From the NCBI RefSeq assembly GCF_009914755.1, contig NC_060942.1: DNA of 64,000 bases; one strand, written 5' to 3'. This DNA is from the human T2T-CHM13v2.0 reference genome, Homo sapiens. Both the position numbers and the translations under genes were made by a program. Shown here piece by piece: positions 13,467 through 32,198 of this stretch; position 1 is the stretch's first letter, and each line of letters opens with the position of its first letter. The notes below the pieces were generated by a model. That model did no database searches, was not told the DNA's origin, and saw nothing but the letters and a program-made list of their open reading frames with translations.

Positions 13467-13827
13467 TATAGTCACTTGGAAGGATGGTTTTACAAAAATA
13501 TGCTAGAATTATGAGTAAATATGCTGATTGCTCTTTAGCCACTACAAAAGTGTTTCCAGGGTAAGTTTTCTTGTTATAAAACTCTTCTATAATTGTTATT
13601 TTTAAATTTTTAAAGTTCTTGGTATTAAGTATGCGAAATGAAACATGTATAGAGATTTGACGGGGCAGTTGTTAAATATAAATTTAGATATAGTAATAAA
13701 GCATCTAAAAATAGCTACCTAAATGAGTCTTATTCCAAACTCTACTGGCTGCTAAGAGTTTGCACTTATCTCTAGATTAGAAAATGTATTGTTATCATTC
13801 TGATTCTATTTTAAAAAAGCAATAATA

Positions 13828-14142
<315 letters not shown>

Positions 14143-14205
14143 TCATAACAATAAAATGCACTAAATCATATTTTAAGCATTTCCCCCATACTATCATTAG
14201 GCATA

Positions 14206-14552
14206 TGTTATGGACTGAATATTTTTGTATCCCCAAGTTCATATGTTGAAATGCTAATGCTAAAGGTAATGGTATTGGGGGTAGGGCCTTTTGAGGGGGA
14301 GGTGATTAAGTCATGTATGGGATTCTTGTCCTCATGAAAGGGATTAAGTGCCTGTAAAAGAGGCCCCAGAAAGCTTCCTCAGTCCTTCCACCCTGTGAGC
14401 CTACAGCAAAAAGACAGCTACCTATGACACAGGAATGTGCCAGCACCTTGATCTTGGACTTCTCTGTCTCCAAAACTGAGAAATAAAGTTCTGCTGTTTA
14501 TAAACCTCCCAGTCTATAGCATTTTGTTATTGCAGCTCAAGTGAACTAAGAT
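14206..14552 (+). mobile_element. MaLR LTR (MLT1A-like)
   Basis: tgttatggactgaat start, caccttgatcttggacttc, gaaataaagttctgctgtttataa, gaactaaga end. Confidence 0.75.
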
Positions 14553-14797
14553 AATGCATATGATAAATTTCCAAATGTTGTTAGACAAGAACACCTGAAA
14601 AATTGCAACTATTTCTCCTCTTTGAATTACTAAGTAAGCTGATTTTTGTGTCCAAAACAAGAAAAGCAAAAAACAAAATATGGATAACATTAATTTTATT
14701 ATATATTATGTTTTCATATATTAACGTGGAACATGTAAATACCTAAAAATTGGCTTTTATAGCAATTCCAGCATTGAAGCTTCAAAGATTCACAGCC

Positions 14798-14977
14798 TTG
14801 TTGTGGGGTGGGGGAGAGGGGAGGGATAGCTTTAGGAGATATACCTAATGTTAAATGACGAGCTAATGGGTGCAGCACACCAGCATGGCACATGTATACA
14901 TATGTAACTAACCTACACATTGTGCACATGTACCCTAAAACTTAAAGTATAATAATAATAAAATAAAAAAAAAGAAA
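14798..14977 (+). mobile_element. Short 5'-truncated L1PA 3' end
   Basis: ggagatatacctaatgttaaatgacgag...taccctaaaacttaaagtataataataa plus A tail. Confidence 0.85.
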
Positions 14978-16589
14978 AGTGTGATCAAACATATTGATTT
15001 CATTTCCTTTGGGATTCACTCTATATTATCTTTGTGGATTTCTCTTTGCTTGTTGTAAAGAACATGAATATGATATGAATATAACATTTAAGAATATGAT
15101 ATTTAAGAATACAAAATCTCATTGTGATGTAAATCATATATCATGCAAATAATTCAAATGTAGTCTTGAATATTTACTAAATAATGTTCATAATCACTCT
15201 CTGAAGCAGAGAAGCTAGTCAACTTTCCTCATTTAGCAGAATGAAAGTTAAAGTAGAGTTTATAAAACAATCTGTAGTTTTTTGCATTTATAGTATTGCT
15301 TACTGCTATCCCAGATGTACTTGATACATTATATATTGAAACACATGACATAGTCCCAATGTACATGAAACTTAAATCTATTTGAGCAGTAGATGAAAAA
15401 CAAACAGAATAATTTAAAAATTAGAGAATACTTAAGTTTTAAGTCATTTGGTTCAGATTGGAATTCAGACAAGGAAAAAATCACTTCGGACTATTTGAAG
15501 TTGTTGAATAAGCTTTACAAGTTAGGGGAGGCTGAGTTCTGCAAACATTTATTGAGCTAAGTGCAGCAGGACTTAGGAATTTAGTAGATAAGATATCTCT
15601 GACCACAAAAACTTCAATTCTGGTAGGACAGACAGTAATACTTTTAATATAATGTTGGATGTCTAACAGTAGAGAAATGCAAAGGGACAGTTTGCTTGGG
15701 GAGGTTAGCCATGGACACTTGGCCATGATGCCTGGGCTAAGCCCTGAAGAATGAGTGAAAGTCAATCTGTTGAAGAAAATGGGACAGAGGGTCCAGGCAG
15801 AGGGAGCAGCATGAATAAAGTCACAGAGTTGTGGCACATCAGTCAGTACATAGAGAACAACACCTCATTTACTATAGCATAAATGTAGGCAAAGGATTGG
15901 GACAGGTCCCAACCTTCTTGTGTGGATAGGTTGGCATGGGTGGTGGGTCATAGGAACTGAAGTCAAGCTGGAGATGAATTTGGGTCAGGGTTGGGGGACC
16001 AAGGCTTTGGAGAATAACAGTGGACTCTTGGTGTCCTCACCTCTTTTTGACCCAGTCACATAATGCACTCATATCTTTATCATATTTTATTTATCTTAGG
16101 CTCTGGGCTGACAAAAACTGTCGACTAAAGGTCTTGCTGGTATGAATAGGGAGGACCACACAGAGGAGGATGCAGGAAAAATTTTTTTCCAGGTGGGACA
16201 AGTGCGAATGCAGGGAGGGCAGATAGAACGGCCAAGTCTATGCTTTGTCGGGATGAGAACACAGCTGTGCCTGTGTCAGAGCCTAATGTTGTTGCTTGTC
16301 CTTGAGAATGAACAGACCAGTCTAAGGCCGTGAGGAAAGATAATCAGCAAATTTCAATTACATTGGGCTCAAGAGTTCTAGTTTGGGTACTGGAACTGGG
16401 GCACTTTGATTCAGGATCCTTGAGACACACGCAAATTAAAATGTGGAATGGAAACACTTATAGGTCCCTAGGTACCTACCTTTAGCTTAGTCTTTGGACT
16501 TTGCAGAGCAGAAGTTCCCGACTGGTGTGGCAAGGCACCTGTGTGCTCCAGAAGGTGCGTTGTGGAATACTGACCCTCTTAGTCTATTG

Positions 16590-17670
<1,081 letters not shown>

Positions 17671-20079
17671 ATTTTGAAATAACTGACATTAAAAAGTTCA
17701 ATTAAATTAAAAAACCCATTAACATTATCTCCAGAATTTAAAAAAATATATTCATCAATATGAGAGTTGTTAGAATATTTAAATATAATAATCAGCTACA
17801 TTATACATTTCGAATGATCACAGAATCAATGGTTTTTAAATTTTTATTACCTAGTTGTTTAAAGAAAAAGTTCCTCATCATTGGAGACTATCAGAATTTT
17901 AAGAAATAATCACTAAAATTTATTGTTCAGGAATAATGTGGAACCATGTCAAGCATTAAAAACAGATATTTTAAAAATAAAAACAAGAACCATGTTAAAT
18001 TGATCATTAATATTTTAGAATATTCTACTTAAAATATTATTTTAAAAATCATAATTATATTCCATGATATAGTCTTTATATTTTAGCATAATTATATAAA
18101 GTAATTTTTCACAAAAACCCACAGATATCTTAAAATGCTTTCTTTTTTTCCCCTTTTGCCATGCAAAATTATCATAATTATATATTTGCAATTTCTAATG
18201 ATATAATGACAAGAAAAAAACGTCTCTACATGTTCAGTTACAGACACAACCATTATAGGCCTAACTACATTTTGATCTATGGTTGGTTGGATCTGTAGAT
18301 ACAGAACCTATGAATACGAAAGGACCACTTTCATGGGCTATTAATTTTAAATGGTCTGGAAGCTCTAACACAGAGGGCTCATCCTGAACACATGCCCTCA
18401 AGTGTGAATATGGGCTTCGCATTGAGGGATGAGGGCCCAACAGTGTCTACACTCCAAGCTAGGGGTTGAGCTGGGAAGTCTCTGGAATTGAAGTGGAAAG
18501 GTAGATAGATTCGGCTATAAGTGGCTTTGAATGCCACAATGAAAAGTTTGGACTTCACGGGGGTAGAACGAGTTGTGGCAAATGCTGCTCATAAAATAAT
18601 AGACCACACTGAAGGCATTTCAAAGGCCCAATAATATCAACATATTTTCAGGGGCCATTATTTGTATAGATGTGATTTTCTACTGGAGATCCTTTAGGAT
18701 TCAAGCCCAGAGTCATTTCCTGCCCCCAATCCAGACTGCACTGCCTCCCACGCTAAAATCCACTTGATGGAGACAGGCCAAGATGTGGATGGATTTGAGG
18801 CTTCTCTAGAGCTCGGTAGAAAGGGTGGCTCTTCATAGTTCAGGTCTTGGGCTACGGGGCTGAAGCAGCCCATCGTCTAAAGTCAAGCCCTGGTGATTAG
18901 AATTTTGTGATTTGCTGATTAATAGCTTCTTGCTGTTTGTGCTCTTCAAGGGATTATCAGAGTTGAGCCCCACATCTGGAGCAGCATTCATCCAGCAGTC
19001 GAGGCTAATTGAAAAAGTCACCACAAATCATAAGCAGGGGGAATTTGAAAGTCAGCTTTATGAAACAGCAGACTTGGGTTGGAATGTAGGCAGCACCTTC
19101 TCATTTAGTTGGGAGGCAGCTAGCTCAGTGTCCTTCTGGTCCCCAAATGCCTTGTATCATTTGGCTGCTCAACATTCGTGGACAACTCCTCTGAAATCAA
19201 CCTAGGTAGCACGTCCCCAGAAAAATTCAAGCCTCTTTAAAAAACTGTTGAAAGCCGAGCAAAATGATCTCTGGAATAGAGCGATGTCTTGCAACATTGC
19301 TGCAAATACACTGAGAAGTGAGATGTTATACAAATCTGGCAGCATTTAAATTTAGAATGCATGTGATATTTGAGTGGGCTAAACCTGGGTTAGATGAGAA
19401 GGAACCTGAAGAGGCTCTAAAATCCAGGGCTAGTATCTTCTCTTCTTTGAGTTAGAAAAAGAAAATGTCACCACTCTTTGGAATACCTTATATATGCAAA
19501 ATGATATATCCTTTAAATAGTATGCTAAGTTTGCATTCAGGATATAGTTTGAAAATATGCACAAACTTTCTCAGTGTAAAAATGAATCAAAATGTTAAAT
19601 ACGCAATTATCCAACTGTGTATGCAAAATGAAGTTGATGGAGGGGCAACTGAGTTAATTTTAGTAGACACACACAAAAAGCTACTTGAGTGAATTGTTTT
19701 ATTAGCTTCTCATTCCTAGAACCAGCCAAATAACCCTATCTTCAGCCTGAATCATATTTGCTGTTACTCTCCTCCTTTCACCTAACCCTAGATGGGGTGG
19801 TTGGGTTTATACCCCTTAGTAACAGTGCAGAAAATGTTTCCACTTTAAATTAATTTGCTACATAAATTGGGTGCTTTTCTGGTTGTGTGCTAATTCCTAA
19901 CATATTTTGCTGACATGATAGGGAAGCCATGCATTCTGCCACAATAGCAGGACTGTAAAGGATGTTTGTGGCATGCAAACAAAAGCCTCCATCGTGTCCA
20001 TGACTGGAAACTGTTTTTTCTTTTGGCAATAGACTCAGGAAAAGCAGAGAAAGGTGGGCCTCATTAAAACTATTCTTTT

Positions 20080-20740
<661 letters not shown>

Positions 20741-21871
20741 TAAATATGTTGCAGATTTAATTCAACTGTGCTGGGACCTAGTATTGAAGGGCAGGAGTCA
20801 GAAGGTTTATGAGTGAATTCAGAGACTAAGGAATGACCTTTGGGAAGTTGTGATATTTAGAAGTGACAGCTCACAGATTAAGGGCAGATTTGAAACAACT
20901 GAGTGGCAAAGGCTGGGCTACTGTTAGAGTGAAGACAGTTGGAGGACAAGCAGCTGCATGGGCATGTTTTATTGAGTACACTCATCCATGGAACCACTGC
21001 CCCCACCCCCACCCCCCCACCGCCAAAACATAACTTCCACAGACAGATTAAGCTATTCTTTAGCCCTGTTTGGGTCATATTCAGCCAATCAGGGAGCTCA
21101 CCACCTCCCTTTTCCCTGCCCATAAGACCTGCAGGATACGTTGATTTGTAGAGAGTTTGAAATGCAGAACATATCTTCCAAAAAACCAAAATTACACAAA
21201 GGTTCTTGAGTCACCAGAGAAGTCCAGAAAACCTCACTTAACCCAAAGGTAAGTGCAGTGCCACTAAGCATTAACAGTGACCTAAGACCTTACCACCATG
21301 TAGAATATTTATATGAAAAAAATTCCGTGGAAAAATGCCAGGAGCACACAGTGCCTTACCGCAAGAGAGAGGAGAGACCCTTTTGATAGACTAGCTGGAC
21401 AGGGAGCGTGGAAATTTCTTGAGACCAGAAGAGTAGGACATGAGGTTGGGAGACAGGGATTCTTATCCTCCAAGGGTGTCAATTGGCCCGTGGGCTCAGT
21501 GAAAAAGAGCCCTACAATAAAGGAATAGTGGCTTCTTGGGAATGGGTGGAGGTGGAGGCAGCACAGGTCCATTTGCTATCCTTGGGCCTTGGGCAAAGAT
21601 GTAATTCACAGTCTGAATGTCATAGTAGAAATGAATAATAGCTTACAACTTGTCAGGTGCTACTTGAATTGCTTTACATTTAATTCTCACAGCATAGGAG
21701 GCTGATATTTTTGCAGGTCAGAGCTAGACTGATATTTTTGTAGGTCAGAGCTGGTCATATACCATCATTTTCACATGGTTTAAATGACCATTTTACAAAT
21801 TCTCCCACCTTGTGGATTTGAAAGAAGATATTAAATAACTTGCCTCACATCACAAAGCTAATAAGTGGCTA

Positions 21872-22435
<564 letters not shown>

Positions 22436-23408
22436 TCACCACTACTCATGCATGGCCTTGTAAGAGGCAATAGCATTTTTCTTTTTTCATGTCTAAAAGA
22501 ACTGAAGTCAGGTATTTATTCCTTTTAACACATAGTGCTTGTCAAAAATTTCTGCGGGAGTCATTCTGGGCACAGCAGGCATTTCATAGCCTATTGAAAC
22601 CGAATGACAGCTAGATATTAGTCATGAGTTCTTAAATAACATTCATTTATCACCAATCCTTAATTAATGGGTACCCAACTGACCAGCATGCTCAAGTAGA
22701 TTTCTGTCTCCCCTTCATCTCCCACTCACTACTAGTTTATCTTTAGGAGGAAGGGGAATGACAAACAAGTTCATACCATGTTTTTTAAAAGTCACCTATA
22801 TCCAGAGCTGCAAGTTCTTGGTAAGCTCCTGGATTTAGCCAGTCAAGCCTGATGTTGCTCTCGGCCCTCCTGCCTCATGCCTGCCTGGAACCAAGCCTTT
22901 GTGCAGCTCTGACCTGCAGTATGCATGTGTGCTCACCTGTGACTGTCGCCTGGTGCCTGGCTCACTCTAACCTCTGCAATTCCCTCCAGGGAACTCCAGG
23001 TGCAGACCTGACTGTGCTTCTTGGTGCCTCCTGCTCCAGTTGCCCCTAGATCCCAATGTGCCCACCTTTCTCCACTGTCTACTACCCCTGGCATTGATAG
23101 GTAGAAAACTCTTCCTTTCCCAGAAATGACTAGAAGCAGCCTGAGAAATCATTCCTACACAGGGAAGCGATGCTTGCCTTCACTCCTCCTGCCCTGTCTT
23201 AGGACACCTTCGAGGCTAAGCAAAGTCTCATTATTTTAAGATCTGAGTGACAACATCTCAATCACTGCCAGTGACATCCCAGGCTGGCCAGCTCCCCAAG
23301 ATGCGCCTGATAATCTGGGGACACAAGGGAGGCGATGTCCTGCTCCAATCAGTCAACCCTATTTCTTTTCGCAGGAAACTTTCCTTTGCCTTAAATCCAA
23401 GTTCTTAA

Positions 23409-23746
<338 letters not shown>

Positions 23747-26619
23747 GAACTGCATTTTATATTCCACTTGTATGAGAAGGTCATATGATGAACAGGCTAC
23801 TATAAGAAATTTATTCCAAAAAGCAACTTTGAGGCTCTGTCCTGTGATCGGTGCTCAGTACTCATCCAAATCCAATTCCTTCCCTTCTGTATCCACAACA
23901 TTGTATGGTGAGAAGAGAACTCACATGAAGGCTGCCATACATGGAAAGATCCTGGGTGTTCTGAATCATCAAAGAAGAAATTATTTATAGTGTTATTGCA
24001 CTTAGAATATGACATGGTATTGTCAGTCTTTAAACATTTGTAACTCATGTAGGAAATATATGGTTTAAACTAATCAAAATACTCTATCCCAACCACTTCT
24101 GCTAATGGAGAATTTGAATACAAAAAAATCCATTTAATTATAAGTTCTATCTTTTCACATAGTTTCACTTATTATTCCATTGTACTTCAAGAAACAGCTC
24201 TTCTATTTTAAAACTCTCCTTACATGAAAACATTGCCACTAATATGATATAAATCTAGAATTACACAGTGGGGCAGACTACTAGTTAAGAAATCCAGTCC
24301 TCCCAATCTTCTTGCAGGGTATCCTAAGCTACTCCCCAAGGGTGATTTGCATTCTATGATTTGTTTTTCTGTTACCATCACTAGAGATAAGATTCCCCCC
24401 TACCCCAATCACCTGCCCCAATTCACCGAAATCCTTCCTCTGCCTCCAGGCCAATCTTCTCATTAAAGTGTTGACTTCAGACCCAAGGCTCTGCTCCTTC
24501 TGGCAGCAGGAGTTGCAACCACAAGTTGGTACCCAGCCATCTGCACTCATGTTCTTACTCTTGGGACACTTCCCTTACAGCCCTGCTTGTCTTCATTCAA
24601 TGCTCACGTAGGTTAAGGTTCCCAGTTATCAGAGTAGGGGACAGAACCGGCAGTAGATGGCTGTTTGGAAGGCAAAGGGCACCTGACCTATGCAGGAGAT
24701 GCTTCTATTTTCTGAGAGTCTTGATCCCCACCCCGCCACCTCCTTTGGTGTCTGGTGACCACTATATATCTTTCAAGCATCACTTCCAATGTCACTTCTT
24801 CCATCCCACCTAGGAGAGGCTCTTTCTCCTCCAGGCTCCTAATTTCCACTCACCACTATTATACCTGCTAGCTCATTATATTGCATGTTGATTTTTTGTT
24901 CTCCCACGTTCTTCTTTATGAACATCTTTATAAGTGGCCATGATTCATTCTTTTGCACATTAGTTTATTTTAAGGCTTTATGAAGAGCCCACATTTAAGG
25001 CCTATTTAGGGTGATTACAACAAATGAACGCTGAAGCCCTTTTTTTGGGCATCATTACACTATTTCTGATTATTATTGGTGCCTCCTTGGAAAATTCCGA
25101 CTTTTTGTTATTTCAGTTACAAACACATACAAAATGTGTTAAAGTAATTATAAACCCTTATATAGAAAATCATTATTTCTAACCTACAAATATATGCAAT
25201 CCCTTATATATATACACCTTTCAATATGCAATGCAATAATCATAGGATCTTGCATATTTAGGTTTTGGATTTATAAACAGTGCACATTTACTACCTGTTT
25301 AATATGGCCAGGCATTGTGCCAGCCATCTCAGATTCACCATTTCACTGACAATATTAAACTCTCACCATAGAAAAGCATGAACCACCTACGTATAAGTAA
25401 TCATACATTTCTTTTTTGTCCCTGTATAAAGTGAATATTGACCCTGCTACAGGGAAGGATCCTAGATACAGTCATATCACTTGAATTACATCCCAAGAAA
25501 AGGATTTTGCAGCTTCTGAACGGAACTTCCTCAAGCTTAGGGCTACTTTTTCTTAAACAGGGGCAATTGCTATTCTTGAGATAAACCATTTTGAGTTCTC
25601 ATATATAGATAAATGATGCACAGTGTTGAGGAGAGAGAAGGAAAAATACTGTTATTACATCAAACTACCATTCCACATTTTACGAAGAATGTCCTACTTG
25701 CTCATATACTTTCTCATATGGCTGAAGGGTTTCATCACAACTACAACCACCTGTGTAGCTGGCTGTGCTTCCCTTTATAACTGCGGGTAAACTGAGGCTC
25801 AGAGTGTCTAGATAATTGGCCTGAGGTATCAGAGCTAGTAAGTGGCAAAGCACAGGATTGCTGCCTTCAGAGTCTATGGTTTTTGTTTGCTTTTTTAAGG
25901 CCATGGTTGATCAAACAGAAACAGGGCCAGTGATAGCTTTATGTAGAGGGAGGTAAAAGTTCAGCAAACATAGAAAATTTTCAATTATACTACAGTGACA
26001 CAAAATTACTTACATGGTATACGAAATAACACCCTTAAAAAGCAAATGCAGACTAAACTGCTAACGTGCATCCAAGGAGAAGCATCTACATCTGTAAAGA
26101 TCTAGCATCAAGTGTTACTAACTTCATTGTCTGTAATAGAAACTAATCTATCACCATTCTAATTAGAAGGTGACTAAGGAAGTAAGCATTTAACAAAAGC
26201 ATTTGTAACATTTGCAGATTGTAATAATAACTGAAGTTCTGGAAAAAGTCAATTTTCCAATTTTCTTCTCATTTACGTATCTCTCACTCACCATTAGTCT
26301 CAGTTCTTAGATAAAATTATTGACATTATTTCTTAAACTCTTTTTTTAAAAAAATATAATAATGGTGATAGACATTTGAAGAAACTTTGCCTAGAACAAG
26401 AGTTTACAAAAATAGAACAGCTCAAAGAAGAAAAAAATCACTATACACTCTCTCCTCAGAGAAAAATCACTGCTACCATTTTGGTATACATCTTCCCAGG
26501 TATTTTCTGTGCAGAGATAAGCTTTGTCCCTAATTAGCACCATAATGTATAAGCTCATTTATTCACTTTTTCACTTAACATATTAAGATGATTTCCTCTA
26601 TCAGGCTGGTATTCTACAA

Positions 26620-27029
<410 letters not shown>

Positions 27030-27903
27030 TGAGCAACATTGAGCTATTCATCCTTGTACATTAACTGCTGTCTACCTCTGTGTCTTTAGGAAAAATTCCA
27101 GGAGTTGGATTTGCTGGGCTGAGAACTTTGCACAATTTAACTCTATATTGGTATCAATCCTACTCCAAATCACCAACTTAGACTCACCAGCAGTGTGCTC
27201 ACGTGGCTTCTGCTTGGCATCCTCAGCAAAGCTTAGAATTAGAATCAGATTGGCCAATTTGATTGTTGAAAATTACACTGCATGAACATTTGTATTTCTT
27301 TGTCATTGTTTGTGTTCAAGGATAATTTAGATTTCAGTATCATTCAAGGAAAATGAGTAAGACTGGAATTCAGCTGGAAAATATTCTGGCTCCTCCTTAT
27401 GGTATGGGGTGCTCTAGAAATCCATGTTATTATTTTGGCAGATAAACTTTTCCTTAAACTTGTAATATGGAAACAATATTTCTAAACTTGCAGTACAGGC
27501 CAGTCTCTAACAGATTACATTTATCTCAAAGAAACTTGAGAGGCTATTCTGTGTGTGTGTGTGTCTGTATTCAGAAACCCATTTCCATTCCACTTTAGGA
27601 TTCTAAGTTAGAACCTTTCCACGGGGCAAAGGCAATGTTAAAGGACTGCTTTTGTGAGCTGCCTGAACTCCATGGTCCTAAAGATTCTTTTGAGCTTGAA
27701 CCTTCTCTGATTTTTGAGCATCACTAATAACCTTGTGGTGAGAGGCCTGCGGACAGAAAAGGCCTACTTCCTAGGCCATCATTTTCAGTTATAGCTTAGC
27801 TGGCATCACGGAACATGAAACTCGATGGAACATTTGGGGATCAGCTAGTACAACTTCTTCATTATGAATAAGTGAACTGAGACTCAGAGAAATGAAGTCA
27901 ATT

Positions 27904-28033
27904 GGTGTGCTACACCCATTAACTCGTCATTTACATTAGGTATATCTCCTAATGCTATCCCTCCCCACTCCCCCGACCCCACAACAGGCCCTGGTGTGTG
28001 ATGTTCTCCTCCTAGAACTTAAAGTATAATAAA

Positions 28034-28066
<33 letters not shown>

Positions 28067-28069
28067 AAA
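27904..28069 (+). mobile_element. Miniature L1PA insertion with 5' inversion; tail converted to (TA)n
   Basis: Inverted 3'UTR ~27904-28010, sense cctagaacttaaagtataataa, (TA)n; TSD gaagtcaatt at 27894-27903 and 28070-28079. Confidence 0.85.
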
Positions 28070-28192
28070 GAAGTCAATTATTTTTTTTAAGATCTCAAAT
28101 CTAATCATCGATGCGTTCACGCTTTAACCAGGACTTCTTAGTCCAAGTTTCTTTAGTCCTGGGACATATTTCCTCTCATAAAAGTAAAAGAA

Positions 28193-28480
28193 GGCCGAGT
28201 ATAGTGGCTCACACCTATAAACCCAGCACTTAGGGAGGCTGAGGCAGGAGGATCGCTTGAGCCAGGGGGTTGAGACCAGCCTGGGCAACATGGCGAAATC
28301 CTGTCTCTGTGAAAAATGCAAAAACTAGCCAAGTGGGGTGGCATGTTCCTGCAGTTCCAGCTACTCAGGAGGCTGAGATGGGAGGGTCACGTGAGCCCAG
28401 GAAATTGAGGCTGTAGTGAGCCTAATCGCGCTACCGCACTCCAGCCTGCACTCCAGTGAGACCCTGTCTCAACAATAAAA
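28193..28480 (+). mobile_element. AluJ-like element
   Basis: Diverged sense dimer. Confidence 0.85.
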
Positions 28481-29297
28481 GACGAGGGCTTAAAAATATG
28501 TATTTTTGAAGTTAAACACAGTACAGAAAAAATGTTTGCATAGAGGTGAAAGAACAGTAACTAACCTAAGGAACATTCCTGCCTAGCACCCTCAGAAAGC
28601 CCAGTGGGAACCTCCCTTATCACAACCCTCCTTCCCTGATTTAGAAGTAACTACCATTCTGACTTTTGCATTAGTCATTCCTTTGCCTTTTAGTTTTACC
28701 ACCTACATAGCTTTCCCTAAACAAACATTTTTTGGGCAGCCAGCATGAACTTAGCAGTGTAAGGAAAGGGTATGCTCTATTGCCACTCGGAAACCAACCC
28801 ACGATTTCAAAGCTGGGAACTTTGATAATGGTGATGAACATTTCACTCTCTGGAACTCCAGTTATTTGTATGCTTCTTCTAGAGTGCTTTGCTTTTATCT
28901 TTTCTTGCATTTCTTTTCCATTTTTTTTTTCTGCTGCATTTTTAGATTTCCCCAAATTCCCAAACATTCTGCTGAATTTTTCATTTCTGCCAATATGTTT
29001 CAATTTGTAAAAGCTCTTTCTTCTCTGAATGTTCCTCTGTAGCTCTCTGGTCTTTTTTCATGGATGTGGTGTCCTCTCTGATCTGAGGCTATTCGTAAGA
29101 GTTTTTCCTTTTTTTAAAAAAAATCCATCTTGCATAGTCTTTTTTTCTCTTGGTCGTACCTTCCACAAAAGAGGCTTTTCTCTGATGCTCATAAGAACAT
29201 CAAGCTGGATGGGACCATGGAGCACATGGTGGGGCTGGCCAGCATTGATCTTGATAGTAAGAACTTTTGGAAAGCTCTTTGTTGAGATGACAAATGT

Positions 29298-30485
<1,188 letters not shown>

Positions 30486-31754
30486 GATACGTAGTTTTAA
30501 CTCAAGTTTAGGAGTTCAGAATTGAGCCTTAGGGAATGAGTGAGGGATATCCCCAAAGGATTTTTTAGTTGTGTCATGATGGCACCTTTAAGAATGACAA
30601 ATGAGCAGCCTAAAGAACTTGGGGTGTGGGGAGCAGGGGGCATTGGGGTGGGGTGGTAGTAGTAGATGAATGGAACCTAGAGACCAGTTAGCAGCTGATC
30701 AACAGTCCAGGTGAGAGATATGAGGGCTTAAAGTAGGATGGTAAAGGAAGGTTACATGTAATGGATCTTTCACACTGCAAAGGAAATAAAGGAGTTGAAA
30801 CTAACCCCAGGGTTTTAAGCCTGTATTACTTACTCTCTTACCTCTGCTATGCCAAGACTGAATAATTAATGAACTTGAGAAAGAAAGATATTATGAAGTG
30901 GTTAAGACTTCCATTATCTACAAATGGTGTATCTAGTGAAATTTACTATTCGACTCTTTGAAATAGGGCAACTCCAGCTTCCAAGACCACTTTCAAATAT
31001 ACTTAAAGTTTAGAGCTCAACAATAACAGACCTTGACCGGATGTCAACTGAACTGAGGCTGACATCAGTACATGTGAAATAATGTGTAACCCCTTCTAAT
31101 CAGAGAGCTGAACCCAACCCGTCATATCTAATGAATGGCAGATCTCTGGGAGAGACCATCATTTGCTGAGGGGGTGATTCCCAGTGACTGACTCAATGAC
31201 AATGGCATAATCATGAGAGCTGTTGAGGGACCTGAAATAGGAACTGTTTCCATGGGGAGCCACTCCCCCACACTTGCTGGGCTTCAGAGAAAACTCGGAA
31301 AAAAACTGATGTTTCAAATTTATCTTAGCAAAGTAACCTTTATCAATGTGTTCATTCATTCATACAAATATTGAGCACCACTTATGGAGGCACTATGCTT
31401 GGATGTGGGCCATCTGTGAGACCCATGGCACGCAGAAGAGATTCATTCAAAGAATTGGGCAGATAAATAAAAATGACAATCATGAAATTTTCTACTAAAA
31501 ATGTTGCTTTGAGAGTGTATAATAGGGAAAGCTGATCTGTAAAATCAGGAAGGGAACATTTGAGCTCAAACCTATAACAAAATTTGGGGCCCAGTAAAAC
31601 AGGGCTGAGAATAGTTCCAGCACTTCACCAGTGTGGTGGAGGCGGACAGGGATCACAGAGTAAGCAGACACACTGTTGCATCTGTGGCTGGAGAAGTAGG
31701 TGGGGAGCAGCCAGTCCATGCAAGGCTTCGGGCCAGGTTAGAAGAATTGAAGCC

Positions 31755-32145
31755 TTTCTTGGCAAAGAATTTATGGCTAAGTCCTCAAAAGCAATTGCCA
31801 CAAAAACAAATATTGGCAAGTTGGACCTAATTAAAGACCTTCTGCACAGCAAAAGAAACTACCAACAGAGTAAACAGGCAATCTACAGAATGGGAGAAAA
31901 TATTCACAGACTATGCATCTGACAAAGGACTAATGTCCAGAATCTATAAAGAACTTAAATAAACCCACAAGCAAAAAATAACCCCATTAAGAAGTGGGCA
32001 AAGGACATGAACAGACAATTCTCAAAAGAAGACATACAAGTGGCTAATAAACGTATGAAAAAATTCTCAACATCACTAGTCATCAGAGAAATGCAAATCA
32101 AAACCATAATGAGATACCACCTCACACCATTCAGAATGGCTATTA

Positions 32146-32198
<53 letters not shown>

